From assembly GCF_031769215.1 (NCBI RefSeq), contig NW_026782006.1, positions 972,070 through 1,036,069 on the forward strand: DNA of 64,000 bases. The letters are read 5' to 3'. Each line of letters opens with the position of its first letter. The stretch's first letter is position 1. Made by a program: the position numbers and the translations under genes. Below the pieces are notes generated by a model. That model saw only the letters and a program-made list of their open reading frames with translations. It was not told where the DNA came from and did not search any database. This document shows, piece by piece, positions 51,715-64,000 of the stretch. This stretch comes from Ylistrum balloti. Its lineage: Eukaryota.

Positions 51715-51990
51715 ATTAAACTGCATCATACAGCTGTTTCGTCTTTCTAGGACTCTTCAGTGATGTTAAGAGCATAAATTTGAAGCCTAGAAGACGATTA
51801 AGGAAAATCAAAAGTGATCAAAAGAAAAGTAAAAATCTAGACGGGAATGTGCAGCAGCCCCATAATTAGAAAAATTTCGTAATTTTGATACATCAGATAA
51901 ATTTAGAATATAGTCAAGTACATGTTTTGCTCTGAACCGTGTCACTATTCGAGTGAATTTAAACGTGGCATGAAGGTTACGTCAAACATC
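51715..51990. repeat. Interspersed repeat, copy 1 (about 270 bp), related to 53285-53560
   Basis: ctgtttcgtctttctaggactcttcagtgatgttaagagcat… aligns with ctttgtttcgttcttctaggactcgccagtaatattaaggacat… at roughly 70-75% identity by eye. Confidence 0.6.
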
Positions 51991-53068
51991 GAGAACTACA
52001 GCTAAAGATATTTGCGTTTTTATAAACAGTGTCAGTAATCAACATATTCATGTATCAAACAAAATACCAAGCTAAAGATGGCTTATCTGCAAATTGCTGC
52101 TCTCACGTGTGTAAATGGTACCCTCTTTTTAAAACCGAAAGTACTGAATGTATACATAATTTGGAAGACGGACAATTTACCCGCATCATGGTTGAAAGTG
52201 TAGCGGTATGTGAGTGTGAATAATTTCTGTATAGTGATTGTATAATCACGAGTTTTTAATGAACATACATTAAATTTACTTTTTATAATTAGAAAAATAT
52301 TTTGGTACATAATTAAAGGTAATAAGGCACTGAATCAATCAGGACAAAGATACAGTGATTTGCTTTCCATCTAGACAACATGTGCAGTATCTAACACCAG
52401 AAAGAGGGTGAATAGAAGTGGGAGATAAACCCGTGTTATCATGAGAATAGTATGCGTATGTTATTATACAAATATGTTTGAACAAAACTTTGATAACACA
52501 AGTTCAAATCTACTAGCACATACAATCAACTTATGATGAAACGGCTCTACGCATAGTTCGTGCTCTGAAGTATGTCCTTTTTCTTGTCACTTTTAGTATA
52601 AATTTTATCTATGTATGAAGAAGAATTGATATGTATCTTAATTAACATTCACCATACTAACAAAAGAAATGAACACATGTTTAGAAATACTGTAAAATCA
52701 TAAAAGATCATAATGAAGATTAGAAATGTGCAATACGTGTAAGGCGTTCCATTGGTATTCTGAACACTCTGTACATTACAGTTGTTAACCTCATGTTATT
52801 GTATTTGTCCATTATATTGAAATGACCATTATAAGCCATTTATAAAACGCCAAATTCGGTGTACAAACACCGACAGTGAATTGCATCAAATGAGTATCCA
52901 TATATTTCATTAGCTTATCAATAACATATTACACAGGTCTGTAAATGTAATACGCTTGAATCTTAATACTTACATAGCTGTGCGGTACATGTTTAAGGAC
53001 AAAAGGGTTCACAAAGTATTAACATTTACATCATTCTGATGGTAAAAGGAAATGTCAAATAATCTTAC

Positions 53069-53175
53069 CTTACAAGTATCTCGTAACTTCTCCAATATCT
53101 TTTGGACGAATTGTAGAAACTGATTTTCATTTTTGTGAATGATATCGTCCACATTATCCAGCATGACAATTGTTC
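53069..53175 (-). CDS. Gene C exon 4 (minus). RTIVMLDNVDDIIHKNENQFLQFVQKILEKLRDTCK, containing Walker B hhhhDD (IVMLDNVDD)
   Basis: On the minus strand: acceptor tctctacag|GAACAATTG. Donor TGTAAG|gtaaga. Phase 1 in, phase 0 out. Confidence 0.75.
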
Positions 53176-53284
53176 CTGTAGAGATAACAATGGTGTTAAA
53201 TAGGTATAATGATTAACGATATCTGAACACCCATTTCACTTATCGTCTTGATCGATTTCACTATTATCATTAATATTGAACTGC

Positions 53285-53560
53285 ACTATACCTTTGTTTC
53301 GTTCTTCTAGGACTCGCCAGTAATATTAAGGACATCCATTTTAAAGACGATTGAGGAAACTCCAAAGTGATCGAAAGAACATTCAAACTCTTGACGGGGA
53401 GGTGCACTAGCCCCATGATTCCAGAAATTTCGCAATTTTCATGTATCTGATAATAACTTAATAACAATGTCTAGTATATGTGTGCATTCTGAATCATGTG
53501 ACTATTGAATTAATTAAAATGTAGCATGCAGGTTACAGCAAACCGAAGTAACGTATATAT
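53285..53560. repeat. Interspersed repeat, copy 2 (about 270 bp), related to 51715-51990
   Basis: As for copy 1. Both copies sit in gene C introns in the same orientation. Confidence 0.6.
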
Positions 53561-54215
53561 GATCCCGAATAGAAAACCAAAAAATATTTTATTAGATTTA
53601 AGGAGGATATAATAGTGTGAACAAATTAAAATAAATCTAAATAACAAATGATTTGTTTAAAAGAGTTGGGGAAATATTGAAATGTTCTTTGACGTCAGAT
53701 AGTTGCACGTAACGCTTGACAACGAAATTTTGAATTTACGTGGTATTTCAACATCTCGTGCTTTTTTTCTTTGGTAATCGCTTACAGATCTGCTTTATAC
53801 ACCAAATTAGAGATAACCAAATAGGCACATGAAAAATATTTGTTAGAAAACCAGCTTAGTTAACCTTTGCCTCGTTTGCGACAGAACAGCAAAACATACC
53901 AACTTCAATGCAGTGACCAAAAACATCGCTCTGATTGGCCAAAACTAAAAAAGGTGATATCATTGCTAGAAAAGTGTTATCATATACGATATCTTATATC
54001 TTAAATGAAATTGATAGATTCCTATATTTCATTAGCAAAAATTAAACCTGATAAATATATTGTGGTGTTTTATAATTAAAACAAAATAAACAAAAAAATG
54101 ACACGAACATCTTCTGACAAAGAATTTTTCTGCCATGTTTTGAAATATGATTATTTATATTATTCATATCGTTATAAATATAGGTAAACACTTTGACACA
54201 TCTGATAATACTTAC

Positions 54216-54376
54216 TGCGAGTGATTTTACTAAGGTGGTCTAAAATGTTGGCTTGCATCTTGCTGTCCTTGGTATCCTTAAGACTGTTTAATAGGTCATC
54301 GGATGACATGCCGTCGTCTTTCAATTGGAGCTCCAAGACAATGTCCTTCAACAAATCCCCCATAGAATCTTTCTCT
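54216..54376 (-). CDS. Gene C exon 3 (minus). REKDSMGDLLKDIVLELQLKDDGMSSDDLLNSLKDTKDSKMQANILDHLSKITR
   Basis: On the minus strand: acceptor cattttattacag|AGAGAAAG. Donor ACTCGCA|gtaagt. Phase 2 in, phase 1 out. Confidence 0.7.
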
Positions 54377-54625
54377 CTGTAATAAAATGCAAGAAAATGG
54401 TGATAAAGTTGGGAATACATAGAAGGCTTTAATAAGTTTCTATATAAATGTTATATGTTTGCATTCATTTAAAATTGTTTGTGTAAGATATTCTCGATTC
54501 AATCACAGATTGTCTCAACAATGCCGTAATGTCTTAATTAAGTTATTTTTCTGACGTGAGATTTCATACCACATCAGAATTTATTTTGATCAAAATATAA
54601 TCTATTAAACAATGGGTTAGTTTAC

Positions 54626-54737
54626 CTTAGATCAATTTTGATAACCTGCCAGTGCTTTTTAGAAGACCATAGTCTACGACAAATTTCATTGCCAATAGCA
54701 GTCTTTCCTATGCCTCCGGCGCCCGAAATGCTCACAG
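54626..54737 (-). CDS. Gene C exon 2 (minus). AVSISGAGGIGKTAIGNEICRRLWSSKKHWQVIKIDL, containing the Walker A P-loop GAGGIGKT
   Basis: On the minus strand: acceptor cttatttacag|CTGTGAGC. Donor CTAAG|gtaaac. Phase 1 in, phase 2 out. Confidence 0.75.
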
Positions 54738-55244
54738 CTGTAAATAAGATCAAATAAAACATTACGTATGAGTTTTTAAAAAAGTTATGATTTCTACGTC
54801 ACTGAAAAACTTTCTAATTATAAATAAGTGATACTCAAATGAACGCTTTACACTCTGGTCTGAACAGTAAAAAGTGTATGGCCCTTCAATTTAAATCATT
54901 TATGTATGTGATTAAAATGTTGATCATGAAAAGAGCGTTAAATACGTACGTTTACGGAATTAGCCAGATATCAATTATCACTTTTCCAATTAATCTCTAA
55001 TGATGCAACCAGCCAGACAAAATATTAGCACTGAAACTTTTAAAACGTGTTTCAATTTTGAGGTGGGGGTATCGATGCAGGAGGTCACTAATTAAGCATA
55101 TCAAATTAACTATAATTACTAAACATTATGCTATAACTTTGATTACTTATTAAAGATATCATTCTACCTTTGAATACTAATTTAACATTATACACTAGAT
55201 ATAATAATTAGTTATAGTACTCCAACCGGAAGAACTCTTCTTAC

Positions 55245-55671
55245 CAGGAACGGTGCTTTCGATGAAATCCTTGATTTGATTTTCCCGTCCAACGAAGTTT
55301 ACATCAAATATGTCCATCTGCATACATCTTCGTTTGTGTTCCACAAACTTCGTTTTGTACTTTTTTAACATATCCGCTACTCTGTTACGGCCTAGGTCAC
55401 GATGCCAGTTTTGAAAATCTGTCACATTGATCAGAAAATCAAGCATGTCTTCTTCTCCGAAATTATTCTTCAGAATTTGGAAATAATGGGTCGCATTTTG
55501 TATATTGTTTTTGGACAACCCGCCGAGTGAAGTCCTCGACAGATTGATAATCTCGTCAAATGTCAAGTCATCGCCATCCAAATCTGAGATGAGATCATTT
55601 ACAATCACATCAAAGGGATCTAACCTAGTTTGATCTCCAAACGCAATACGGTCATCTTTTGTGTAAGCCAT
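55245..55671 (-). CDS. Gene C exon 1 (minus), start codon at 55671-55669. MAYTKDDRIAFGDQTRLDPFDVIVNDLISDLDGDDLTFDEIINLSRTSLGGLSKNNIQNATHYFQILKNNFGEEDMLDFLINVTDFQNWHRDLGRNRVADMLKKYKTKFVEHKRRCMQMDIFDVNFVGRENQIKDFIESTVP. Death-fold-like (CARD/DD-like) N-terminus, then the linker leading into the P-loop
   Basis: First ATG after an in-frame stop. Kozak-like accacaATGG. Donor CCTG|gtaaga (plus 55239-55244). Phase 1 out. Confidence 0.65.
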
Positions 55672-55972
55672 TGTGGTCAGATTCAGCTCGGCTCTGTAGG
55701 TATTTCTCTTTGCCCCAGAGGTGGATTCATATATTTTGACAAACGTCTATATCTGGACCAAGAACTATGGAATATCCATCTACCAAGAAAATAAAAAAAC
55801 AGGCAGGTAATGACAGCTCTGATATATACAATGAGATTTTGTCCCTTATCACGGGCCTTCGGCGTCCATCGGCCGAAAGGATTATCGAGACACCAAAATT
55901 TACACCACTTTTTTCGATTTTAGTTTATAACTTTGTATTTATTTGATGTTCTATGTGAAAATATGACAATGG

Positions 55973-58900
55973 CAGTGGCCCCCTCCAGGGGGACTCAGGA
56001 GGTGGGGTGAGGGCTCCTGGAAAAATTTGTAAACAAAGAAGCCTGTCGGTGCTAACATGGCTTAATTAAATGACCATGAATAACACAATGTTTAATTGTT
56101 GTTAGAAACAAGAAATAAAAGTGGGTGGCTAAAAGGCATCGTCCCATTCAGAATCTTCTTCATCGCTGACAGTGTCCTCTTACCTTTCCTTCATTTCATG
56201 GTCAAGGTTTAGCCGTTGCACAGCCACCCTCACCTGGGACACAGGCTCACCAAGACTGCCAGATACAACAGCTGGGTCAGTTTGTATCCCGGAGTCCTGG
56301 ACCTCGGTCAGAAGTTCCTTATCAATCATGGCATATGAAATATCACGTTTGGGAGGTGGTTTATAACTTTCTATTTATTTGATGTTCTATGTGAAAACTT
56401 GACAATTCGCTTGTCCGTACTGTCGATATTACTTCAGCCATCATATATCTATTCCAGTAACACGCATCCAAAGAACAATTGTTTGTTAGGATCCAGTACG
56501 GATATTAGACCATAACCGTTAATATTACTTACCAGGTTTCATATATGTATATCACTCATACTTATCATTGCAGTCCCATTATCTCTACTTTAATCTACTA
56601 ATCAAACCTCACCTTCCAAGGTTCTGTGATCACATTGGCCTGAATGAATATGACATTTCTCCTTTTTACGTAGTTTACATGTTTATAACATCCTCGGTAA
56701 GTGTAGGACTAGACGCTTTCGTAGAATTCTGATCATTCAGTTTTTATGCAAAGGGGGTTTAATCTGCATTCGGTAAAAATGATATCCGATCTTATTGACA
56801 CATTTTATGGTCTTTACTTGTTCTTTAAACGTTAAGCGATGAAAAAAATTGTTTACAGACCGACGATAGACTACGGACGTAAGGCGACTGTCCAGCATTT
56901 GAACTTGGGCTGAAAAAGATTACATATCAAAGGATGTTCTCAAAAAGATCGCGGTTTTTCTTTTAACACCCTCGACTGTATATGTTAAACGTAGTTACCT
57001 TATATATTTCTGACTACTATTTTTATCATGAATTGTAGGTAACAATATTGTATATATATATACAGTCTACATATCAGGTGATTTCCTAGGTAAATACAGT
57101 CTACATACCAGGTGCTTTCCCAGATAAGTACATTCTACATACCAGTTGATTCCCCAGGTAAGTACCATAATCATACCATTTGATTCCCTAGGTAAGTACC
57201 ATAATCATACCAGGTGATTTCCCAGGTAAGAACAGTCTACATACCAGGTGCTTTCCCAGATAAGTACAGTCTACATACCAGATGATTTCCCAGGTATGTA
57301 CAGCCTACATACCAAATGATTTACCAGGTAAGTACCGTCTACATACACAGGTGATTTTCAGGTAAGTACAGCCTACATAACAGGTGATTTCCCAGGTAAG
57401 TACAGCCTACATACCAAATAATTTCCCAGGTGTTAGTAAATTACAATAATGTCTATATGACATGCCTCGAGAGCGTTGCTCGAAACTATCACTGATACAT
57501 GTTTACCTGCAAATCAACCTCCGACATCAAGGCCTTCCCGTTTTGACTACGGCTATTGGGTCTCCTAGAGAGACTTCTTCAGCAATTATTCAGGCTACAG
57601 CTCCGACAAGCACCTATACATTACAAGCCAATAGATGAAGTTTCAGACTGGGTCCCCTACCTGTTTGTTCTGTCACGAACTATAAAATAGAGAACATTTC
57701 CTTCTATACTGTCCGAAACGGGAACGCAAACATGAAAAACATCTACCACAAATACTTTTAAACACCAGATATATACTATGAGTGTAGCTACTGATCCTGA
57801 AGTCGACAAGATTGTACCTTCCCGATAGTGCAAGAATTGTATAATCCAAGTGAAAACGACACGAGCAAAATCGAAAGAATCAGCCTATTTCTGGAATATT
57901 ACCTTCATCTGCAAAGATCAAGTTTGATGGTCTCCAAATTGAAGCTAACCACTTCAGTGTACTATAACAAATGTCAGTTACTATTATGAGTCCAAGTAGG
58001 GGATATGTTGATTTAATGTAACTTCCTCTTCTAACATACAATTTGTATGACTGCGCATTTAATCTTTCCGTGATGTGCGCAGCGTTGACGTGTGCATCAA
58101 TTAATTTTCATGCGTTAATGTGCATTACCCATTTCTAAACTGGGGTACAAATCCAGTTTTAAGTTTCAGCTAAATTATGACGACCGACACAAAAAATTGA
58201 AAAAATGAGCTGCACTTACATATTTATCTGCTTACATCCCAGTATGTAGGAATAACACTTTAAAAAATTGATAGAACTTCAATATCCAGGGCGTTGGATT
58301 GCAAGGTCAAGACACAAATGAGACAGGATATACAAAAATCCACCAATCATTTGACGAAATCCAAAAAAAAAGACACGCACTTCAACAATAACGGTAACAC
58401 ACAGATGTGTATGTGTATCGTTATATAACAGTGATGTTTATGTATCCAGGGTTTTCTATAAATATTTTAATAATAGGCTGTAAAATGGAGTAGGAGTCTG
58501 GCGAAGCCAGCCGACTGAGCCGTAACGCGGCGAGGCGGGGATGGTTTGAGGAGGGGGCACTGGCCCCCTCCAGGGGGACTCAGGAGGTGGGGTAAGGGCT
58601 CCTGGAAAAAATTGTAAACAAAGAAGCCTGTCGGTGCTAACATGGCTTAATTAAATGACCATGAATAACACAATGTTTAAAAGGCATCGTCCCATTCAGA
58701 ATCTTCTTCATCGCTGACAGTGTCCTCTTACCTTTCCTTCATTTCATGGTCAAGGTTTAGCCGTTGCACAGCCACCCTCACCTGGGACACAGGCTCACCA
58801 AGACCGCCAGATACAACAGCTGGGTCAGTTTGTATCCCAGAGTCCTGGACCTCGGTCAGAAGTGCCTTATCAATCATGGCATATGAAATATCACGTTTGG

Positions 58901-61900
58901 GAGGTGGTTTATAACTTTCTATTTATTTTGATGTTCTATGTGAAAACTTGACAATTCGCTTGTCCGTACTGTCGATATTACTTCAGCCATCATATATCTA
59001 TTCCAGTAACACGCATCCAAAGAACAATTGTTTGTTAGGATCCAGTACGGATATTAGACCATAACCGTTAATATTACTTACCAGGTTTCATATATGTATA
59101 TCACTCATACTTATCATTGCAGTCCCATTATCTCTACTTTAATCTACTAATCAAACCTCACCTTCCAAGGTTCTGTGATCACATTGGCCTGAATGAATAT
59201 GACATTTCTCCTGTTTACGTAGTTTACATGTTTATAATATCCTCGGTAAGTGTAGGACTAGACACTTTCATAGAGTTCTGATCATTTCAGCTTTTATGCA
59301 AAGGGGGTTTAATCTGCATTCGGTAAAAATGATATCCGATCTTATTGACACATTTTATGGTCTTTACTTGTTCTTTAAACGTTAAGCGATGAAAAAATTG
59401 TTTACAGACCGACGATAGACTACGGACGTAAGGCGACTGTCCAGCATTTGAACTTGGGCTGAAAAAGATTACATATCAAAGGGTGTCCTCAAAAAGATCG
59501 CGGTTTTTCTTTTAACACCCTCGACTGTATATGTTAAACGTAGTTACCTTATATATTTCTGACTACTATTTTTATCATGAATTGTAGGTAACAATATTGT
59601 ATATATATATATACAGTCTACATACCAGGTGATTTCCTAGGTAAATACAGTCTACATACCAGGTGCTTTCCCAGATAAGTACATTCTACATACCAGTTGA
59701 TTCCCCAGGTAAGTACCATAATCATACCATTTGATTCCCCAGGTAAGTACCATAATCATACCAGGTGATTTCCCAGGTAAGAACAGTCTACATACCAGGT
59801 GCTTTCCCAGATAAGTACAGTCTACATACCAGATGATTTCCCAGGTATGTACAGCCTACATACCAAATGATTTACCAGGTAAGTACCGTCTACATACACA
59901 GGTGATTTTCCAGGTATGTACCGTCTACATACCAGGTGATTTTCCAGGTAAGTACTTCTTCATACCAGGTGATTTCCCAGGTAAGTACCGTCTACATGCC
60001 AGGTGATTACCCGGAGAAGTACCGTTTACATACCAGATGATTTCCCAGGTAAATATATTCTACATACCACATGATTTCCCAGGTAAATATATTCTACATA
60101 CCAGGTGATTTCTCAGGTATGTACCGTCTACATACCAGTTGATTTCCCAGGTAAGTACCGCCTACATACCAGGTGATTTCCCAGGTAAGTACCGTTTACA
60201 TACCGGTTGATTTCCCAGGAAAGCACCGTTTACGTACCAGTGATTTACCAGGTAAATACAGACTACATACCAGGTGATTTTCAGGTAAGTACAGCCCACA
60301 TACCAGGTGATTTTCAGGTAAGTACAGCCTACATACCAGGTAATTTCCCAGGTGTTAGTAAATTACAATAATGTCTATATGACATGCCTCGAGAGCGTCG
60401 CTCGAAACTATCACTGATACATGTTTACCTGCAAATCAACCTCCGACATCAAGGCCTTCCCGTTTTGACTACGGCTATTGGGTCTCCTAGAGAGACTTCT
60501 TCAGCAATTATTCAGGCTACAGCTCCGACAAGCACCTATACATTACAAGCCAATAGATGAAGTTTCAGACTGGGTCCCCTACCTGTTTGTTCTGTCACGA
60601 ACTATAAAATAGAGAACATTTCCTTCTATACTGTCCGAAACGGGAACGCAAACATGAAAAACATCTACCACAAATACTTTTAAACACCAGATATATACTA
60701 TGAGTGTAGCTACTGATCCTGAAGTCGACAAGATTGTACCTTCCCGATAGTGCAAGAATTGTATAATCCAAGTGAAAACGACACGAGCAAAATCGAAAGA
60801 ATCAGCCTATTTCTGGAATATTACCTTCATCTGCAAAGATCAAGTTTGATGGTCTCCAAATTGAAGCTAACCACTTCAGTGTACTATAACAAATGTCAGT
60901 TACTATTATGAGTCCAAGTAGGGGATATGTTGATTTAATGTAACTTCCTCTTCTAGCATACAATTTGTATGACTGCGCATTTAATCTTTCCGTGATGTGC
61001 GCAGCGTTGACGTGTGCATCAATTAATTTTCATGCGTTAATGTGCATTACCCATTTCTAAACTGGGGTACAAATCCAGTTTTAAGTTTCAGCTAAATTAT
61101 GACGACCGACACAAAAAATTGAAAAAATGAGCTGCACTTACATATTTATCTGCTTACATCCCAGTATGTAGGAATAACACTTTAAAAAATTGATAGAACT
61201 TCAATATCCAGGGCGTTGGATTGCAAGGTCAAGACACAAATGAGACAGGATATACAAAAATCCACCAATCATTTGACGAAATCCAAAAAAAAAGACACGC
61301 ACTTCAACAATAACGGTAACACACAGATGTGTATGTGTATCGTTATATAACAGTGATGTTTATGTATCCAGGGTTTTCTATAAATATTTTAATAATAGGC
61401 TGTAAAATGGAGTAGGAGTCTGGCGAAGCCAGCCGACTGAGCCGTAACGCGGCGAGGCGGGGATGGTTTGAGGAGGGGGCACTGGCCCCCTCCAGGGGAC
61501 TCAGGAGGTGGGGTGAGGGCTCCTGGAAAAAATTGTAAACAAAGAAGCCTGTCGGTGCTAACATGGCTTAATTAAATGACCATGAATAACACAATGTTTA
61601 AAAGGCATCGTCCCATTCAGAATCTTCTTCATCGCTGACAGTGTCCTCTTACCTTTCCTTCATTTCATGGTCAAGGTTTAGCCGTTGCACAGCCACCCTC
61701 ACCTGGGACACAGGCTCACCAAGACCGCCAGATACAACAGCTGGGTCAGTTTGTATCCCAGAGTCCTGGACCTCGGTCAGAAGTGCCTTATCAATCATGG
61801 CATATGAAATATCACGTTTGGGAGGTGGTTTATAACTTTCTATTTATTTTGATGTTCTATGTGAAAATATGACAATTCGCTTGCCCGTACTGTCGATATT

Positions 61901-64000
61901 ACTTCAGCCATCATATATCTACTCCAGTAACACGCATCCAAAGAACAATTGTTTGTTAGGATCCAGTACGGATATTAGACCATAACCGTTAATATTACTT
62001 ACCAGGTTTCATATATGTATATCACTCATACTTATCATTGCAGTCCCATTATCTCTACTTTAATCTACTAATCAAACCTCACCTTCCAAGGTTCTGTGAT
62101 CACATTGGCCTGAATGAATATGACATTTCTCCTGTTTACGTAGTTTGCATGTTTATAATATCCTCGGTAAGTGTAGGACTAGACACTTTCATAGAGTTCT
62201 GATCATTTCAGCTTTTATGCAAAGGGGGTTTAATCTGCATTCGGTAAAAATGATATCCGATCTGATTGACACATTTTAAGGTCTTTACTTGTTCTTTAAA
62301 CGTTAAGCGATGAAAAAATTGTTTACAGACCGACGATAGACTACGGACGATAAGCGACTTGTCCAGCATTTGAACTTGGGCTGAAAAAGATTACATTTCA
62401 AAGGGTGTCCTCAAAAAGATCGCGGTTTTTCTTTTAACACCCTCGACTGTATATGTTAAACGTAGTTACCTTATATATTTCTGACTACTATTTTTATCAT
62501 GAATTGTAGGTAACAATATTGTATATATATATATACAGTCTACATACCAGGTGATTTCCTAGGTAAATACAGTCTACATACCAGGTGCTTTCCCAGATAA
62601 GTACATTCTACATACCAGTTGATTCCCCAGGTAAGTACCATAATCATACCATTTGATTCCCCAGGTAAGTACCATAATCATACCAGGTGATTTCCCAGGT
62701 AAGAACAGTCTACATACCAGGTGCTTTCCCAGATAAGTACAGTCTACATACCAGATGATTTCCCAGGTATGTACAGCCTACATACCAAATGATTTACCAG
62801 GTAAGTACCGTCTACATACACAGGTGATTTTCCAGGTATGTACCGTCTACATACCAGGTGATTTTCCAGGTAAGTACTTCTTCATACCAGGTGATTTCCC
62901 AGGTAAGTACCGTCTACATGCCAGGTGATTACCCGGAGAAGTACCGTTTACATACCAGATGATTTCCCAGGTAAATATATTCTACATACCACATGATTTC
63001 CCAGGTAAATATATTCTACATACCAGGTGATTTCTCAGGTATGTACCGTCTACATACCAGTTGATTTCCCAGGTAAGTACCGCCTACATACCAGGTGATT
63101 TCCCAGGTAAGTACCGTTTACATACCGGTTGATTTCCCAGGTAAGTACCGTTTACATACCGGTTGATTTCCCAGGAAAACACCGTTTACGTACCAGTGAT
63201 TTACCAGGTAAATACAGACTACATACCAGGGGGTTTTCAGGTAAGTACAGCCTACATACCAGGTGATTTTCAGGTAAGTACAGCCTACATAACAGGTGAT
63301 TTCCCAGGTAAGTACAGCCTACATACCAAATAATTTCCCAGGTGTTAGTAAATTACAATAATGTCTATATGACATGCCTCGAGAGCGTCGCTCGAAACTA
63401 TCACTGATACATGTTTACCTGCAAATCAACCTCCGACATCAAGGCCTTCCCGTTTTGACTACGGCTATTGGGTCTCCTAGAGAGACTTCTTCAGCAATTA
63501 TTCAGGCTACAGCTCCGACAAGCACCTATACATTACAAGCCAATAGATGAAGTTTCAGACTGGGTCCCCTACCTGTTTGTTCTGTCACGAACTATAAAAT
63601 AGAGAACATTTCCTTCTATACTGTCCGAAACGGGAACGCAAACATGAAAAACATCTACCACAAATACTTTTAAACACCAGATATATACTATGAGTGTAGC
63701 TACTGATCCTGAAGTCGACAAGATTGTACCTTCCCGATAGTGCAAGAATTGTATAATCCAAGTGAAAACGACACGAGCAAAATCGAAAGAATCAGCCTAT
63801 TTCTGGAATATTACCTTCATCTGCAAAGATCAAGTTTGATGGTCTCCAAATTGAAGCTAACCACTTCAGTGTACTATAACAAATGTCAGTTACTATTATG
63901 AGTCCAAGTAGGGGATATGTTGATTTAATGTAACTTCCTCTTCTAGCATACAATTTGTATGACTGCGCATTTAATCTTTCCGTGATGTGCGCAGCGTTGA
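55973..64000. repeat. Tandem macro-repeat: 3 copies at about 55973-58500, 58500-61420 and 61420 onward, with periods 2548 and 2921 bp. Each copy embeds a 34-bp minisatellite (57060-57440, 59590-60360, 62510-63350)
   Basis: Identical landmarks (gcctgtcggtgctaacatgg) sit at 56041, 58626 and 61555. Identical ORF-track peptides sit at 56172, 58720 and 61641. Copies 2 and 3 are near-identical. Confidence 0.9.

Noticed and set aside
56172-61835. Three identical 64-aa plus-strand ORFs (MSSYLSFISWSRF…) in the macro-repeat
   Set aside because: They are copies of one repeat unit. A minus-strand frame over the same DNA is equally open. There is no splice or start evidence, so they were not called as coding.
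1-64000. CRISPR arrays, or any prokaryotic defence locus
   Set aside because: Every tandem array is a head-to-tail direct repeat with no unique spacers. The genes are spliced, with GT-AG introns. There are no Shine-Dalgarno-linked compact ORFs. The sequence is eukaryotic.

Overview
This window is eukaryotic nuclear DNA, most likely from an invertebrate metazoan, judged from Tc1/mariner remnants, dense minisatellites and an NB-ARC-TPR gene (inference). It is not prokaryotic: there are no operons or CRISPR arrays, and genes have GT-AG introns with polypyrimidine/AG acceptors. I built three spliced gene models by hand from splice signals and reading-frame (phase) continuity.

Gene A, + strand, 232-19452: at least 23 phase-consistent coding exons of a large alpha-helical protein. 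It ends in a lysine-rich tail and a TAA at 19450-19452. It may be URB1/NPA1-like, but that is unverified.

Gene B, - strand, 44116-35023: at least 3 exons of a Ser/Arg/acidic-rich protein. Its two introns are almost entirely satellite DNA: a 42-45 bp array and a roughly 6 kb, 42 bp satellite.

Gene C, - strand, 55671-45975: a 6-exon, 861-codon STAND NTPase. It has a death-fold-like N-terminus, an NB-ARC core and a TPR-like C-terminal half, making it an Apaf-1/NLR-like candidate innate-immunity or apoptosis gene. The NB-ARC core carries Walker A GAGGIGKT, Walker B IVMLDNVDD, VRIIVTNR and DGIPLAL. Its introns carry a Tc1-like transposase pseudogene and interspersed repeats. Its 5' flank runs into a 2.5-2.9 kb tandem macro-repeat of 3 copies that continues to the window end.

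About 30% of the window is minisatellite, in more than 15 unrelated arrays with 19-47 bp units. Three of those arrays in gene A were seeded by duplication of exon-intron junctions, so each copy carries a splice-site-like motif.

Also present: a second Tc1/mariner fragment, a foldback/MITE-like element with (TA)n cores, and several low-confidence extra minus-strand exons.
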